A DNA stretch of 46,976 nt from Candidatus Dojkabacteria bacterium (lineage in GTDB: Bacteria; Patescibacteriota; Dojkabacteria; SC72; JAHDCA01). The notes below the pieces were generated by a model that saw nothing but the letters and a program-made list of their open reading frames with translations, was not told the DNA's origin and ran no database searches. A program made the translations under genes and the position numbers. Where the stretch lies: NCBI GenBank assembly GCA_027036675.1, contig JALWDW010000005.1, positions 1 through 46,976 of the forward strand, in the 5' to 3' direction. Of this stretch, positions 27,151 through 36,903 are shown piece by piece (position 1 is the first letter of the stretch; each line of letters opens with the position of its first letter).

Positions 27151-27804
27151 ATGTCAACACTAAATCGGTACGGAAACCGAGGAACGTTTATCGCCATATA
27201 CGGGGCCAACGGCCTTGGCAAATCAATGCAAATGTCCAAGCTCTCGCATAAGCTCTTACACCAAGGACATGAATCGTTATTTTTATTGAAATACCCTTTG
27301 TACCAATTACGACCGACTGGTCCAATCATCAATGACATCTTGCGCAACCCGAAATCCTCCAAACGTAATATCGACGCCATGGAGTTACAGAAACTATATG
27401 TGCAAAATCGCATCGATTTTCAGGAAAACTTGATAGGTATTCTAAATTCGGGAATCAACGTCATCGCCGAAGACTATGTAGGCACCGGAATAGCATGGGG
27501 TATGAAAGCAGGCGCGTCACGTCGCGAACTGGAACTACTGAACTACGGGCTAATCGAACCCGACATTGTGATACTGCTGGATGGCGAAAGATACAAAACT
27601 GCTATAGAGAAAGGACATAGAAACGAAGACATCGACAACGTCGAATGGAATAAAGTTCGCAATATCTACCGCCAGCTCGCCGGTGAATACGGCTGGCAAG
27701 TAGTCGATGCAAACCAGAGCGCGACCAAAGTTCACCAAGATATATGGAAGCTGTTAAAGAACGAATTCAAATCATATAAACAACTTAAATTAACTTTAAG
27801 CTAA
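27151..27804 (+). CDS. P-loop kinase, thymidylate kinase-like
   Basis: The P-loop is FIAIYGANGLGKSMQ, and the size and layout resemble dTMP kinases. The LID/DRY regions are divergent, so substrate specificity is uncertain. I set the start to ATG 27151; the longest ORF starts at 27106. Confidence 0.6.
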   Translation: MSTLNRYGNRGTFIAIYGANGLGKSMQMSKLSHKLLHQGHESLFLLKYPLYQLRPTGPIINDILRNPKSSKRNIDAMELQKLYVQNRIDFQENLIGILNSGINVIAEDYVGTGIAWGMKAGASRRELELLNYGLIEPDIVILLDGERYKTAIEKGHRNEDIDNVEWNKVRNIYRQLAGEYGWQVVDANQSATKVHQDIWKLLKNEFKSYKQLKLTLS

Positions 27805-27806
27805 AA

Positions 27807-28913
27807 GTGCCAAAACACACATATACCTTGACTCGAGAAAATGTTTCTCTAAAACCGTACAACGGCTATCGTGTCGAGGCTACGGCGAAACTTTTCGCTC
27901 CAATTCACAGCGGATCGGATATTATGACAATCTTGCAATCTCGCACGATACGGGATATGCCGAAACTCGTGCTGGGGCAAGGATTCAATACATTGCCTAT
28001 CGGTAATATCGACAGATTGGTGATGTTGAATAAGATCAAGGGCGTGGCGATGGTGGACGAAACCGATGATTACGTCATACTGAAAGTCGGCACCGGAGAA
28101 GATTGGATCAACCTGGTACGGTATACTGTCAAGCGCGGATGGGGCGGGATGGAAAATATGACTATGATATACGGTACGGTCGGGTCCTCCGTAGCTCAAA
28201 ATATCGCAGCATACGGGCAACAAACAAGCGATCTGGTAGTGGACGTGGAAGCCGTGGAATTGTCGACCGGCAAACTCCATAAATTCACCGCCGACCAATG
28301 CGGTTATGAGTACAGAGAAAGTTTTTTCAAAAACAAATGGTTTGGCAAGTATTTCTTAACTTATGTAACGCTTAAATTAACAAAGAAACCCAAAGTGGAT
28401 TTAACGTACTGGTCTTACAAACACGGAGCTGTCAGTACGGAAATAAAGAAAATGGCGAGAGAACCATTCACCGTAGCCGATATAGAAAGAACATTGCGGA
28501 TAATGCGGTTGAATAAATTTGGAGATGCACTCAAGGGATCCTACGGTATGTGTGGCAGCCACTTCAAAAATCCCAATATCACCAAAGAAAAGTACTTGGA
28601 GATACGAGCGGAAATGCCAGCCTTGCAATACTATCCGGTCGAAGGAATGAAATACCCACCAAACGACATAGATGCTCTACCCGACGGCGCGATGGTACGA
28701 GTCTCGTTGGCTCACATATTTGACGAGGTATTTAAATTCCGCAATTACTGGGAAGGACACGTGGGGGTATCCGAAAATCAAGCTCTGAATATTTACACCG
28801 ACGGTGAGGCGAGCGGACAGGAGGTACTGGATTTCACCGACATGATGGTACGCAAGATGAAAGAACGCTTCGATGTCGATATTGAGCGGGAAGTGAAAGT
28901 GATAAAAGATTAG
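27807..28913 (+). CDS. murB: UDP-N-acetylenolpyruvoylglucosamine reductase MurB
   Basis: It has a PCMH-type FAD-binding domain with GWGGMENMTMIYGTVGSSVAQNIAAYGQ. The start is a GTG, 3 nt after the stop of the preceding gene. Confidence 0.85.
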   Translation: MPKHTYTLTRENVSLKPYNGYRVEATAKLFAPIHSGSDIMTILQSRTIRDMPKLVLGQGFNTLPIGNIDRLVMLNKIKGVAMVDETDDYVILKVGTGEDWINLVRYTVKRGWGGMENMTMIYGTVGSSVAQNIAAYGQQTSDLVVDVEAVELSTGKLHKFTADQCGYEYRESFFKNKWFGKYFLTYVTLKLTKKPKVDLTYWSYKHGAVSTEIKKMAREPFTVADIERTLRIMRLNKFGDALKGSYGMCGSHFKNPNITKEKYLEIRAEMPALQYYPVEGMKYPPNDIDALPDGAMVRVSLAHIFDEVFKFRNYWEGHVGVSENQALNIYTDGEASGQEVLDFTDMMVRKMKERFDVDIEREVKVIKD

Positions 28914-28931
28914 CCATAAGCCGCGAGCCTT

Positions 28932-29756
28932 ATGAAATTCATCAGCGCAAATACTGGGTCAAAAAGGTTTCCACCTGATGCCAAGGTTGTTTATTCATGG
29001 GGTGCGCCTACTGGCAACATGTCTCCCAAGTATATTGCGGATAACGGGCAAACTCTGGCAAAACTATCGAAGCAATACACACGTTTGACTAAATTGTATA
29101 CGGCCCAATTGTCTGATTTATTTATGATGAATCCGGAGCACGGGGTGAATCACGCAATCGTTGATGAGTACGACAAGGCCGGTACGTCATCCATAGGACG
29201 ACTCGGCACAACTGAAGTCCCGAATTCGGATATCATCATCACCACCGACCGCAGTATAATACTCGGTGCGTTGCCGGCGGATTGCATCATCGCTGTGATC
29301 ACAGATGGCAATATTTTGGCATTGGTACACGCTGGCAGACGAGGTACAGATCTTATGATCGGGTACCATGCAATAGATGCAATACTCAAGGCCAGACCTG
29401 AGACAAATATCTCGAAGCTATCCGTCTGGATCAGTCCAAACCTTTCACCTGAAAGTGGTGCAATGCCACACTACGACACATTACTAAATACCGACATCTG
29501 GATCGACAATGGATTCTTACGTGAAGTTGAGGACAACCTTAACGGGCGATATGCATTGGACATCGAAGGTTTCTTCACGTGGCAACTCACCCAAAAAGGT
29601 ATCCCCATTTCAAATATTACTTCAACAGGATTGGATACATACCAAAATGCCTTAGAGCGTAAAACTTTTTCACATCGCCTCGCTTCACAAAGGGAAGACA
29701 TTCCAAACGGACGCTTTATCGTCACTGCTCAACTGACCTCTAGCAAAGACAAATAA
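28932..29756 (+). CDS. pgeF: YfiH/PgeF (DUF152, laccase-domain) family protein
   Basis: The signature region is LPADCIIAVITDGNILALVHAGRRGT, followed by the C-terminal FSHR. Confidence 0.8.
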   Translation: MKFISANTGSKRFPPDAKVVYSWGAPTGNMSPKYIADNGQTLAKLSKQYTRLTKLYTAQLSDLFMMNPEHGVNHAIVDEYDKAGTSSIGRLGTTEVPNSDIIITTDRSIILGALPADCIIAVITDGNILALVHAGRRGTDLMIGYHAIDAILKARPETNISKLSVWISPNLSPESGAMPHYDTLLNTDIWIDNGFLREVEDNLNGRYALDIEGFFTWQLTQKGIPISNITSTGLDTYQNALERKTFSHRLASQREDIPNGRFIVTAQLTSSKDK

Positions 29757-29773
29757 CGCTCGAATTAGCCGTG

Positions 29774-30490
29774 TTATTTAGCTGAACATATTACAACCCA
29801 CTCACCCTTGATGACTCCGTCCTCAAATACAGCTTTCAGGGATTCTTGCACCTCTACAGGGGTCCCAGTGAAAAACTCTTCATGCTTTTTCGTCATATCT
29901 TTCGCCAAAAAGACTTTGTGAAACTTATCCAACTGCACAAGCAGATCCAGCAATTTCATAATCCTATGCGGTGATTCGTACAGTACCGCGCTAAACCCTT
30001 CCGGGACCCGTGCCAAAAGTTCATGACGCCTCTTTTCGCTTTTTGGCAAAAAGCCCAAAAACACAAACTTATCTGTAGGTAAACCACTGACACTGAGAGC
30101 GGATATCACCGCAGACGCCCCGGGGACAGGGACGACTGCATATCCTTGTTCACGCAACCTTGCGACAAGTTTGTAACCTGGATCGGAGATCAACGGTGTA
30201 CCATTGTCACTTACCAACGCTAAATCCAAGCCTACATCCAGTTTTTCTTCAATCTTGCCAATCATCCGATCGTGATTTTGGTCTCTATACGACACCATCC
30301 GTGTGGTAATTTCGTACCGTTGAAACAATTTTGCCGTCTGTCGCGTATCCTCGGCTAAAACAAACGTCACTTGTTTTAGTATTTCTACAGCCCGAACCGT
30401 GATATCGCCCAGGTTACCGATGGGAGTGGCTACAACATACAAAGTGCCGGTACCTTTAGTTTTGTTATAGAGGGTTTGTCCCATCTTCAA
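29774..30490 (-). CDS. rsmI: 16S rRNA (cytidine1402-2'-O)-methyltransferase RsmI
   Basis: It has a tetrapyrrole-methylase fold with the N-terminus GTLYVVATPIGNLGDITVRAVEILKQVTFVLAEDTR. Confidence 0.9.
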   Translation of the reverse strand: MKMGQTLYNKTKGTGTLYVVATPIGNLGDITVRAVEILKQVTFVLAEDTRQTAKLFQRYEITTRMVSYRDQNHDRMIGKIEEKLDVGLDLALVSDNGTPLISDPGYKLVARLREQGYAVVPVPGASAVISALSVSGLPTDKFVFLGFLPKSEKRRHELLARVPEGFSAVLYESPHRIMKLLDLLVQLDKFHKVFLAKDMTKKHEEFFTGTPVEVQESLKAVFEDGVIKGEWVVICSAK

Positions 30491-30496
30491 AAATAA

Positions 30497-31966
30497 TCAG
30501 TTCGCCGGACGCAAATCGAGCCCCTCTACGAAGCTATCCAACGACTTTGCGCTCATGATGACAAATACGCTGTTTTTATCGGTATTTTCTGCGAGAAATC
30601 TCTTTATTTTCTCTGTCTTGGGAATATATGATACGTTTTTATTCGTTTTACCGATAACCTCCAGGAAGTCCTTCCCGTACACTCTCTTGTTCTCCGCTTG
30701 AGACGCTTTGACTATGATTTTGGGGATAATCACATGATCAGCCTGATCAAATACACCCTCGTAAGGTTTGATACTATCTTTGCCCTCGTTGTTTGAAAGT
30801 CGCGGATTAAACAATACAACCACGTTGTTTTCAGTGTAACGTGTACGGATCGCATCAAGAGTCGCTTTCACTTTTGGCGGTGAATGCGCGAAGTCATCCA
30901 ATACTATAGCGCCGGTAGGCAGGTATCCGAGAGGCTCCATTCTCCTTTTTACATTTTTAAAAGACTTCAATCCCGCCTGGATATCTTTTACCGATATTCC
31001 CAGATCGTGTAAAACCGCAATCACAGATAAAGCATTTTCCACATTGTGCATCCCTATAAGCGGAGACTGAAAGGTACCGAGGGATTCACCGGCATGTAAG
31101 ACCTCAAACGAGGTATATTGTTCACCAAATTGTATGTTTGTTGCGATATAATCGATCGCATCATCGGATACAGTTTCAGCCAACCTATTTGGCAACGAGT
31201 TTATCTTATAAGTCAAATATGTCCCGCCATTTACCATATGCTGCTCAAGCACTTTCTTGTTGTTTACACCACTCGCACAAACATAGAGTTTACCTTTGTT
31301 TTCAACGACCTTTTCACTAAGCATATAATATGCTTCCACATAGCTGTCCTCAGTAGGATAGATATTGACATGATCGTGTTGAGCTGATGTGAGGATAGCG
31401 TATTTCGGCGAATACCGGTAGAATTTTGGTACCTCATCGTGGTGGAATACCGAATAATACTCATCCCCTTCAATTACCGACCATTCGCTGTCCGTATGTC
31501 TGACTCCTCTTTCGAAGTCCAAAGGTTGTCCTCCCAACATAAATGACGGACTTTTGCCGGCTTCGTCGAGTATCCACGCAGTCAAGGCCGTAGTGGTCGT
31601 CTTGCCGTAACTGCCGGTCACGACTATGTTTTGCTCGTGGACTATGTATTTGTCAACAAGGTATACAAAGCCGTGCAAATCTTTGTTCAGTGTCTTCGCC
31701 TCCAAATACTCGGGGTTGTTTACATCTATCATCAAAGGGCCGCCACCTATAATGACAAGATCGGCGTCACGCACGTTCGCGAGGTCATCGTACTTGCCAA
31801 CATGTACAGCGATCCCATTGTTGTCGAACAGGCTTTTGGCAGGCTCCCAACAACTACTATCACTGCCGGTCACCTTCCAACCCAATTCACTCATCATCAC
31901 AGCAATCGGCGCTATCGCACTCCCGGCAATCCCTATAAAGTGTACATGTTTGATATCTGATTTCAT
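30497..31966 (-). CDS. murC: Mur ligase of the MurC/Mpl branch (Mpl-like central region)
   Basis: It contains HFIGIAGSAIAPIAVMMSELGWKVTGSD and TGSYGKTTTTALTAWIL. The central region EGDEYYSVFHHDEVPKFYRYSPKYAILTSAQHDH resembles Mpl (EADEYD.AFFDKRSKF.HY.P) more than canonical MurC (EADESDASF). Confidence 0.8.
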   Translation of the reverse strand: MKSDIKHVHFIGIAGSAIAPIAVMMSELGWKVTGSDSSCWEPAKSLFDNNGIAVHVGKYDDLANVRDADLVIIGGGPLMIDVNNPEYLEAKTLNKDLHGFVYLVDKYIVHEQNIVVTGSYGKTTTTALTAWILDEAGKSPSFMLGGQPLDFERGVRHTDSEWSVIEGDEYYSVFHHDEVPKFYRYSPKYAILTSAQHDHVNIYPTEDSYVEAYYMLSEKVVENKGKLYVCASGVNNKKVLEQHMVNGGTYLTYKINSLPNRLAETVSDDAIDYIATNIQFGEQYTSFEVLHAGESLGTFQSPLIGMHNVENALSVIAVLHDLGISVKDIQAGLKSFKNVKRRMEPLGYLPTGAIVLDDFAHSPPKVKATLDAIRTRYTENNVVVLFNPRLSNNEGKDSIKPYEGVFDQADHVIIPKIIVKASQAENKRVYGKDFLEVIGKTNKNVSYIPKTEKIKRFLAENTDKNSVFVIMSAKSLDSFVEGLDLRPAN

Positions 31967-32004
31967 AGCTTGATTATATCACTCACTGTCGGACTCACAT
32001 ATCC

Positions 32005-33423
32005 CTATTTCACCGATTTCCCGTTAGATTTCTCTGTGTTTATATTTCCCAATTCTTCTTGTACTACGGCAACATCGTCCCACGGTATTTCGTGGATCCC
32101 GTCAATATTCATACTTTGTTCATGACCTTTACCGGTGATCAAGACAAGTGACCCGGGTTTGGCAAGTTGCAATGCTTGCCGTATCGCTTCGCGCCGATCG
32201 GGGATATCATATACTTCCACCTTCCGTCCACTGTCTTCCAACTCTCGATCTATACCACGCCTGATTTCACTATTTATTTTCTTGACCGATTCGCCTCTAG
32301 GATCTTCCGCAGTCAGTATCACCATGTCGGCGTAGCGGGAGGCCCATTTCCCCATTTCGGGCCTTTTGTATGTATCCCGCTTGGACGCCGCGCCGAAGAC
32401 TACGATGAGTTGCTTGTTCTCTTGTATGTCTCGAGCATATTTCAGCACTTGATGCAGGCTGTTTGGCGTGTGGGCAAAGTCCACGACTACGGAGTACGGT
32501 CGGGTTTGGATAATTTGCCATCTCCCCCTCAGGCCATGCAGAGAGGACAACGCTTTGACTGCGTCACGGGGTGCGACGGCCAACGCCGCCGCCGCGACAG
32601 CGGCGGCGGCGTTGTATGCGTTGTAAACTCCGCCCACCGGCAATCGCACAGCATACCGCTCGGATACTTCCGCATGAGTCTCATTTTGACCACGAACGAT
32701 AAGGTCAAATGATACGTGATTGATGTCCTCCGCCTTGATATGCTCGATCTTATAATCACAATCCTCATTCGTACCATACGTGCGAAGTTGAATATCCGGA
32801 GCTTGGGCCGATATTTGTTTGTACTTAGACAATAACCGGTCAAAACTTTTGTCGTCCCGATTTAATACCGCAAGACCTCCGGGTTTCAGTTTCTCGATCA
32901 GTCGTCCTTTGACATTGACAAGGTTCTCGTACGTACCGTGGTGGTCCAAATGTTCGTTGGATATATTGGTAAAGACGGCGACTTCGAATTTAATTCCCTC
33001 GACCCTATGTTGGTAAAGCCCGTGTGATGTTGTTTCCAAGACGACATACTTCAGTCCTTTTTTGACCGCTTGTGCCAAAAGCTTCTGCAAGACCCGCGGG
33101 TCGGGGTTGGTCACATGGAGCCCGGTGGGAGATGTATCGTCACCCAATTTCGCGGCTATGGTAGATATCAACGCAACTTTCCCAAGGTTCTCGTTTAGTA
33201 TATGGTAGATCATCGTAGATGTAGTGGTCTTCCCGTCGGTCCCCGTCACACCGATCACCGTCAGTTTCCGTGCGGGGAACCGATAGTACAGGTTCCAAAA
33301 CCACGCCTTAGGCAAATGCCAGAAGGTGTTGATCAGGGCCTGGCATTTGAAGTCGGGGTTCAACCCCAGGGTTGAACCCCAGGCTTGACATATGTGCGTA
33401 ACCACTCTGCGGATTCTCGACAT
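32005..33423 (-). CDS. murE: UDP-N-acetylmuramoyl-L-alanyl-D-glutamate--diamino acid ligase MurE
   Basis: It contains VIGVTGTDGKTTTSTMIYHIL, the Mur ligase central and C-terminal domains, and EDPRGE where DAP-type MurE enzymes carry DNPR. Confidence 0.88.
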   Translation of the reverse strand: MSRIRRVVTHICQAWGSTLGLNPDFKCQALINTFWHLPKAWFWNLYYRFPARKLTVIGVTGTDGKTTTSTMIYHILNENLGKVALISTIAAKLGDDTSPTGLHVTNPDPRVLQKLLAQAVKKGLKYVVLETTSHGLYQHRVEGIKFEVAVFTNISNEHLDHHGTYENLVNVKGRLIEKLKPGGLAVLNRDDKSFDRLLSKYKQISAQAPDIQLRTYGTNEDCDYKIEHIKAEDINHVSFDLIVRGQNETHAEVSERYAVRLPVGGVYNAYNAAAAVAAAALAVAPRDAVKALSSLHGLRGRWQIIQTRPYSVVVDFAHTPNSLHQVLKYARDIQENKQLIVVFGAASKRDTYKRPEMGKWASRYADMVILTAEDPRGESVKKINSEIRRGIDRELEDSGRKVEVYDIPDRREAIRQALQLAKPGSLVLITGKGHEQSMNIDGIHEIPWDDVAVVQEELGNINTEKSNGKSVK

Positions 33424-33454
33424 GAAAAACTTTTTTATTTAATATAACTTTCAC

Positions 33455-34567
33455 CTACCACCCCAAAAAAAGCCCCAAAACCGCGGCAAGTGCCCCAATC
33501 AGCCAAAATCTCATCACCACCTTCTCCTCAGACCAGCCCCTAAATTGCAGATCGAGGTGCAACGGGGCAATTTTAAAAAGCCTTCGCCCGCGCAATATCC
33601 TATACACACTTTGCAAAAGCGACGAGCTGATGATTATTACAAACATGACCCCAACCACCGGCAACAATACGACTCTGTCCAGAGCAAACGCGATTGAAGC
33701 CATCATAGCACCCAATGCCAATGAACCGACGTCCCCCATCTCAAATCGTGCTGGTTTGATATTGAAATACAAATATGCCAATAGAGTCCCGATTGTCACT
33801 GAAATCAGCAACGATAGATCTGGATTGCCTTTGTGAATGGCAAACACCAACAGTGCACCGAATACCGGGATCGCCAATCCCGACGCCAATCCGTCTGCGC
33901 CGTCCGCTATATTCACAGCATTTGCCATCGATACGACTGTAAATACAATAAGCACCGGCATCAGGATTCCCAGCTTCAACGGCTCATGAAAAGGCAACCA
34001 TATGGTATCCCAACCCAGTCGGTAGTATATCCACCAGGCCACCATCACTCCCGCCCCAATTTGGACGAGTATTTTTTCACCGGCCTGTATACCTTTACCC
34101 GGATTGGAACCAAGCCTATACCAAAAATTCAGGTACATATTCCAGGGCAATTCCAAAAACAACCTGACCCGCTTCAGTTTGCTCCTATGAACTCGTACAA
34201 GCCGCCATTGTTTCCCGACAGGACGCAAAATCCTTTTACGGCCGTATATATTCAACACATCGTCAAGGCCCCCAAGTAATGCGGTCCCGAGCAATACGAT
34301 GATTGGCACGTATGTATTGCCGTTCCAATTGAAAAGCAGCGTTAGTATCGCAGTGGTAAGCACGATCAATAACCCTCCCATGATCGGAGTACCGGCTTTC
34401 GTGCCTTTTGTGTATACAATATGCGCATATTCGTTTTTGCTCAGCCTGACTATCTTGAATTTGTACAATACATGTATAAGTACGGGAGCCCAAGCCATCG
34501 AGATTGCAAATGACACCAAGATAAAAAACATTGATTCTTGAAACAAGCCATCTATATGAAAATGCAT
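33455..34567 (-). CDS. mraY: Phospho-N-acetylmuramoyl-pentapeptide transferase MraY
   Basis: The protein is polytopic, with GGLDDVLNIYGR, NAVNIADGADGLA and the C-terminal HLDLQFRGW region. Confidence 0.95.
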   Translation of the reverse strand: MHFHIDGLFQESMFFILVSFAISMAWAPVLIHVLYKFKIVRLSKNEYAHIVYTKGTKAGTPIMGGLLIVLTTAILTLLFNWNGNTYVPIIVLLGTALLGGLDDVLNIYGRKRILRPVGKQWRLVRVHRSKLKRVRLFLELPWNMYLNFWYRLGSNPGKGIQAGEKILVQIGAGVMVAWWIYYRLGWDTIWLPFHEPLKLGILMPVLIVFTVVSMANAVNIADGADGLASGLAIPVFGALLVFAIHKGNPDLSLLISVTIGTLLAYLYFNIKPARFEMGDVGSLALGAMMASIAFALDRVVLLPVVGVMFVIIISSSLLQSVYRILRGRRLFKIAPLHLDLQFRGWSEEKVVMRFWLIGALAAVLGLFLGW

Positions 34568-34572
34568 GTCGG

Positions 34573-35430
34573 TTACTTCTTCCTCAAATTACTGTGACAT
34601 TCCTCAGATATAATATCATTGCGGAGTTTGTCAAAAAACTTCAATCGTCTCAATCCGTTATCATCGGCGTTGTTTTTCATACCCTCCAGGGTCCAGCATT
34701 TATTGGCTTTACTATCCCAATCCTTCCAATTCTGTGTCTCCAGAGGCTCATCGGGGGAGGTTATCTCGATACGCCCCCTACGTACACCGTTTTGATCACC
34801 GTACTGCTCGTTGGAATTAACATACTCTATCTCAACAACCTTATGGCCTTTTTTCAACACCTTGGACACCAACAGTACGTGATCTCCTCGTTTGACACCT
34901 TTGGTCCGTATAAGATCTCCCGGCATCACTTCATTGAGGTGGACTCTATCCGTGTTTTTGTCGGAAGTCAGGATGTTTGCGCTAATATTTGAAATAGGAC
35001 GTAATCTCACTTTGATATGGGATAATAAATTCCTATACGGGTAATCCAAATTGGACAGCAATGAACCGGCATGCGCATGATGAATCCAATAATCCAATAC
35101 CTGTGCGACAAAACCGGAACAATCAATACCCAACCCGTGTTCACTCATAAACTGACGGATTTGCTCTTTGCCCATTTTTTGTAGATCGACACCCTTCAAC
35201 TGAGCGATAATCCGAGTCTCCAGTGCGATCTCGTCAGGCGAGCCTTTACCGACCAATGATCGCAAATCCGAATGGGAACGTTTGACATTGCGATAATACG
35301 GCACAGGCACCCGGACGTCAAATATACGCAATCCTTCATACTGCTTGATAAATGACTCCACATAGGACGGCAATTTGTATTCAGTGCAAACACCATTACT
35401 TTTGTTTGTCGCAGATTTGGGATTTTTCAT
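34573..35430 (-). CDS. NlpC/P60-like cysteine hydrolase
   Basis: The catalytic Cys context is GLGIDCSGFVAQV, with a downstream His context MPGDLIRTKGVKRGDHVLLVSKV. There is no obvious signal peptide or TM helix. The gene ends 5 nt before mraY. Confidence 0.65.
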   Translation of the reverse strand: MKNPKSATNKSNGVCTEYKLPSYVESFIKQYEGLRIFDVRVPVPYYRNVKRSHSDLRSLVGKGSPDEIALETRIIAQLKGVDLQKMGKEQIRQFMSEHGLGIDCSGFVAQVLDYWIHHAHAGSLLSNLDYPYRNLLSHIKVRLRPISNISANILTSDKNTDRVHLNEVMPGDLIRTKGVKRGDHVLLVSKVLKKGHKVVEIEYVNSNEQYGDQNGVRRGRIEITSPDEPLETQNWKDWDSKANKCWTLEGMKNNADDNGLRRLKFFDKLRNDIISEECHSNLRKK

Positions 35431-35436
35431 ATGTTT

Positions 35437-36882
35437 TCAGCTGATTATAGCATTGTCGAGCAGAAACGCCGTATCTATATTTTCATGCGAACATGCACAT
35501 TGTATCCTGGAAAACTCCGTCCCGACAGATACGTTTTGTCCATCTGCAGTATGAGTATACAAAAATTCACCTTCACCGACATTACGGAATGCATATGTTT
35601 CCCTCAGCATCGAGCGGGTACTGCCAGCGTAAACACCGATTGGTTTTTTGAACTTGTAAGCGGTCGGAGCGTCCCCGGTATTGCGGGCTAGTATCTGTGA
35701 AGCCTTGATATTGTCAAACGCATGGGAATTATAATCCTCCATATACTCATCGATATTCCGCGCGTCTATCGGTGTACCCAACCAGCGGGGATTTACACTC
35801 GACATATTTCCCCGAACCTCATTGACAACTCCATACCTCTTATACCGTGCGGATTTGCTCGCACTCATGAACCAATCTATATGAAAAGCCTCGAGAGGTA
35901 TCCACCCTCGGCCTTCATCCAGCATTGCATGCATACTTACAGAGGCTGTCTGACGAGCGTTCACTTCTATGATGACTGGGCGGTCGGCATTCACCATGAA
36001 ATCCACCCCAAAAAGGCCATAATACGACCGGGCGGTCAGCATCCTCCCGATATTCTCTATCTCCGCACGCAACGCATCTTTTACATTGGCGGACAGTTCA
36101 TCAGACTTGGACCAATCATTGCCGACGGTCCCTCCATCCACATACGGAGTCAAACCCGGCAACCCGGTGATCTGAAAAGACAACCCGCCGTACAAAACGC
36201 CTTCGGGCAAGTTTACGGCATTGATAGTCCACGTCGCTCCGTCCAACATTTCACTGACACGCACTTGCAGCCCCGTATGCTTTTGGACGATCTTTTCGTA
36301 TTCTCCCTCACCTGTAATGAATTTCGTGCCTGTACCGGAATGCCCTCTATCAAGTTGGACAACCAGGTTTTGAGTACCCAACTTTTGAGTTAACTTTTTA
36401 TACGAACCCTCGGTCAGTGTTGTAATCACAGACTTCGGGATGGTGATGCCATACTTCACAAACAATTCGTGTTGAGATACTTTTTTCTCGATCGTTGCAG
36501 ACACTTGTGCGGAAGCGTTTAGCAGTCTATATCCAAACATAGAAGCCAATCTTTCAATCTTCTCCGATATTTTGAATACTATGATATTTGGTTTGTATCC
36601 ACTGTCGTGTAATCCGGTATTTTCCAAGTACTCATCTGTGTGAGAAGAAATAAATTCACGAACGATATCTTGTTGCATCAACTTAGCCGTACTACGAAAT
36701 ATAGGGTTCGGGGTTTTCAAGGTTTCTCCCAAAGAAAAAACACTGACACAAGTTTCCCGCAGGTATGGGATCATAGGATGATCGTCGATACAAACTATAT
36801 GGAAGTTTTTGTATAATTTCTCCAATCCGAGAGCCCTTTCCGGATCGTTTGTCAGGTAAAAGACAGGTTCGTTCATCACCAA
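35437..36882 (-). CDS. ATP-grasp family ligase, substrate unknown
   Basis: The ATP-grasp core contains LVVQLDRGHSGTGTKFI and YYGLFGVDFMVNADRPVIIEVNARQTAS. It has N- and C-terminal extensions of about 100 aa that I cannot assign. Confidence 0.75.
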   Translation of the reverse strand: MVMNEPVFYLTNDPERALGLEKLYKNFHIVCIDDHPMIPYLRETCVSVFSLGETLKTPNPIFRSTAKLMQQDIVREFISSHTDEYLENTGLHDSGYKPNIIVFKISEKIERLASMFGYRLLNASAQVSATIEKKVSQHELFVKYGITIPKSVITTLTEGSYKKLTQKLGTQNLVVQLDRGHSGTGTKFITGEGEYEKIVQKHTGLQVRVSEMLDGATWTINAVNLPEGVLYGGLSFQITGLPGLTPYVDGGTVGNDWSKSDELSANVKDALRAEIENIGRMLTARSYYGLFGVDFMVNADRPVIIEVNARQTASVSMHAMLDEGRGWIPLEAFHIDWFMSASKSARYKRYGVVNEVRGNMSSVNPRWLGTPIDARNIDEYMEDYNSHAFDNIKASQILARNTGDAPTAYKFKKPIGVYAGSTRSMLRETYAFRNVGEGEFLYTHTADGQNVSVGTEFSRIQCACSHENIDTAFLLDNAIIS

Positions 36883-36903
36883 ATTCGATAAAATACGTAT
36901 AGA

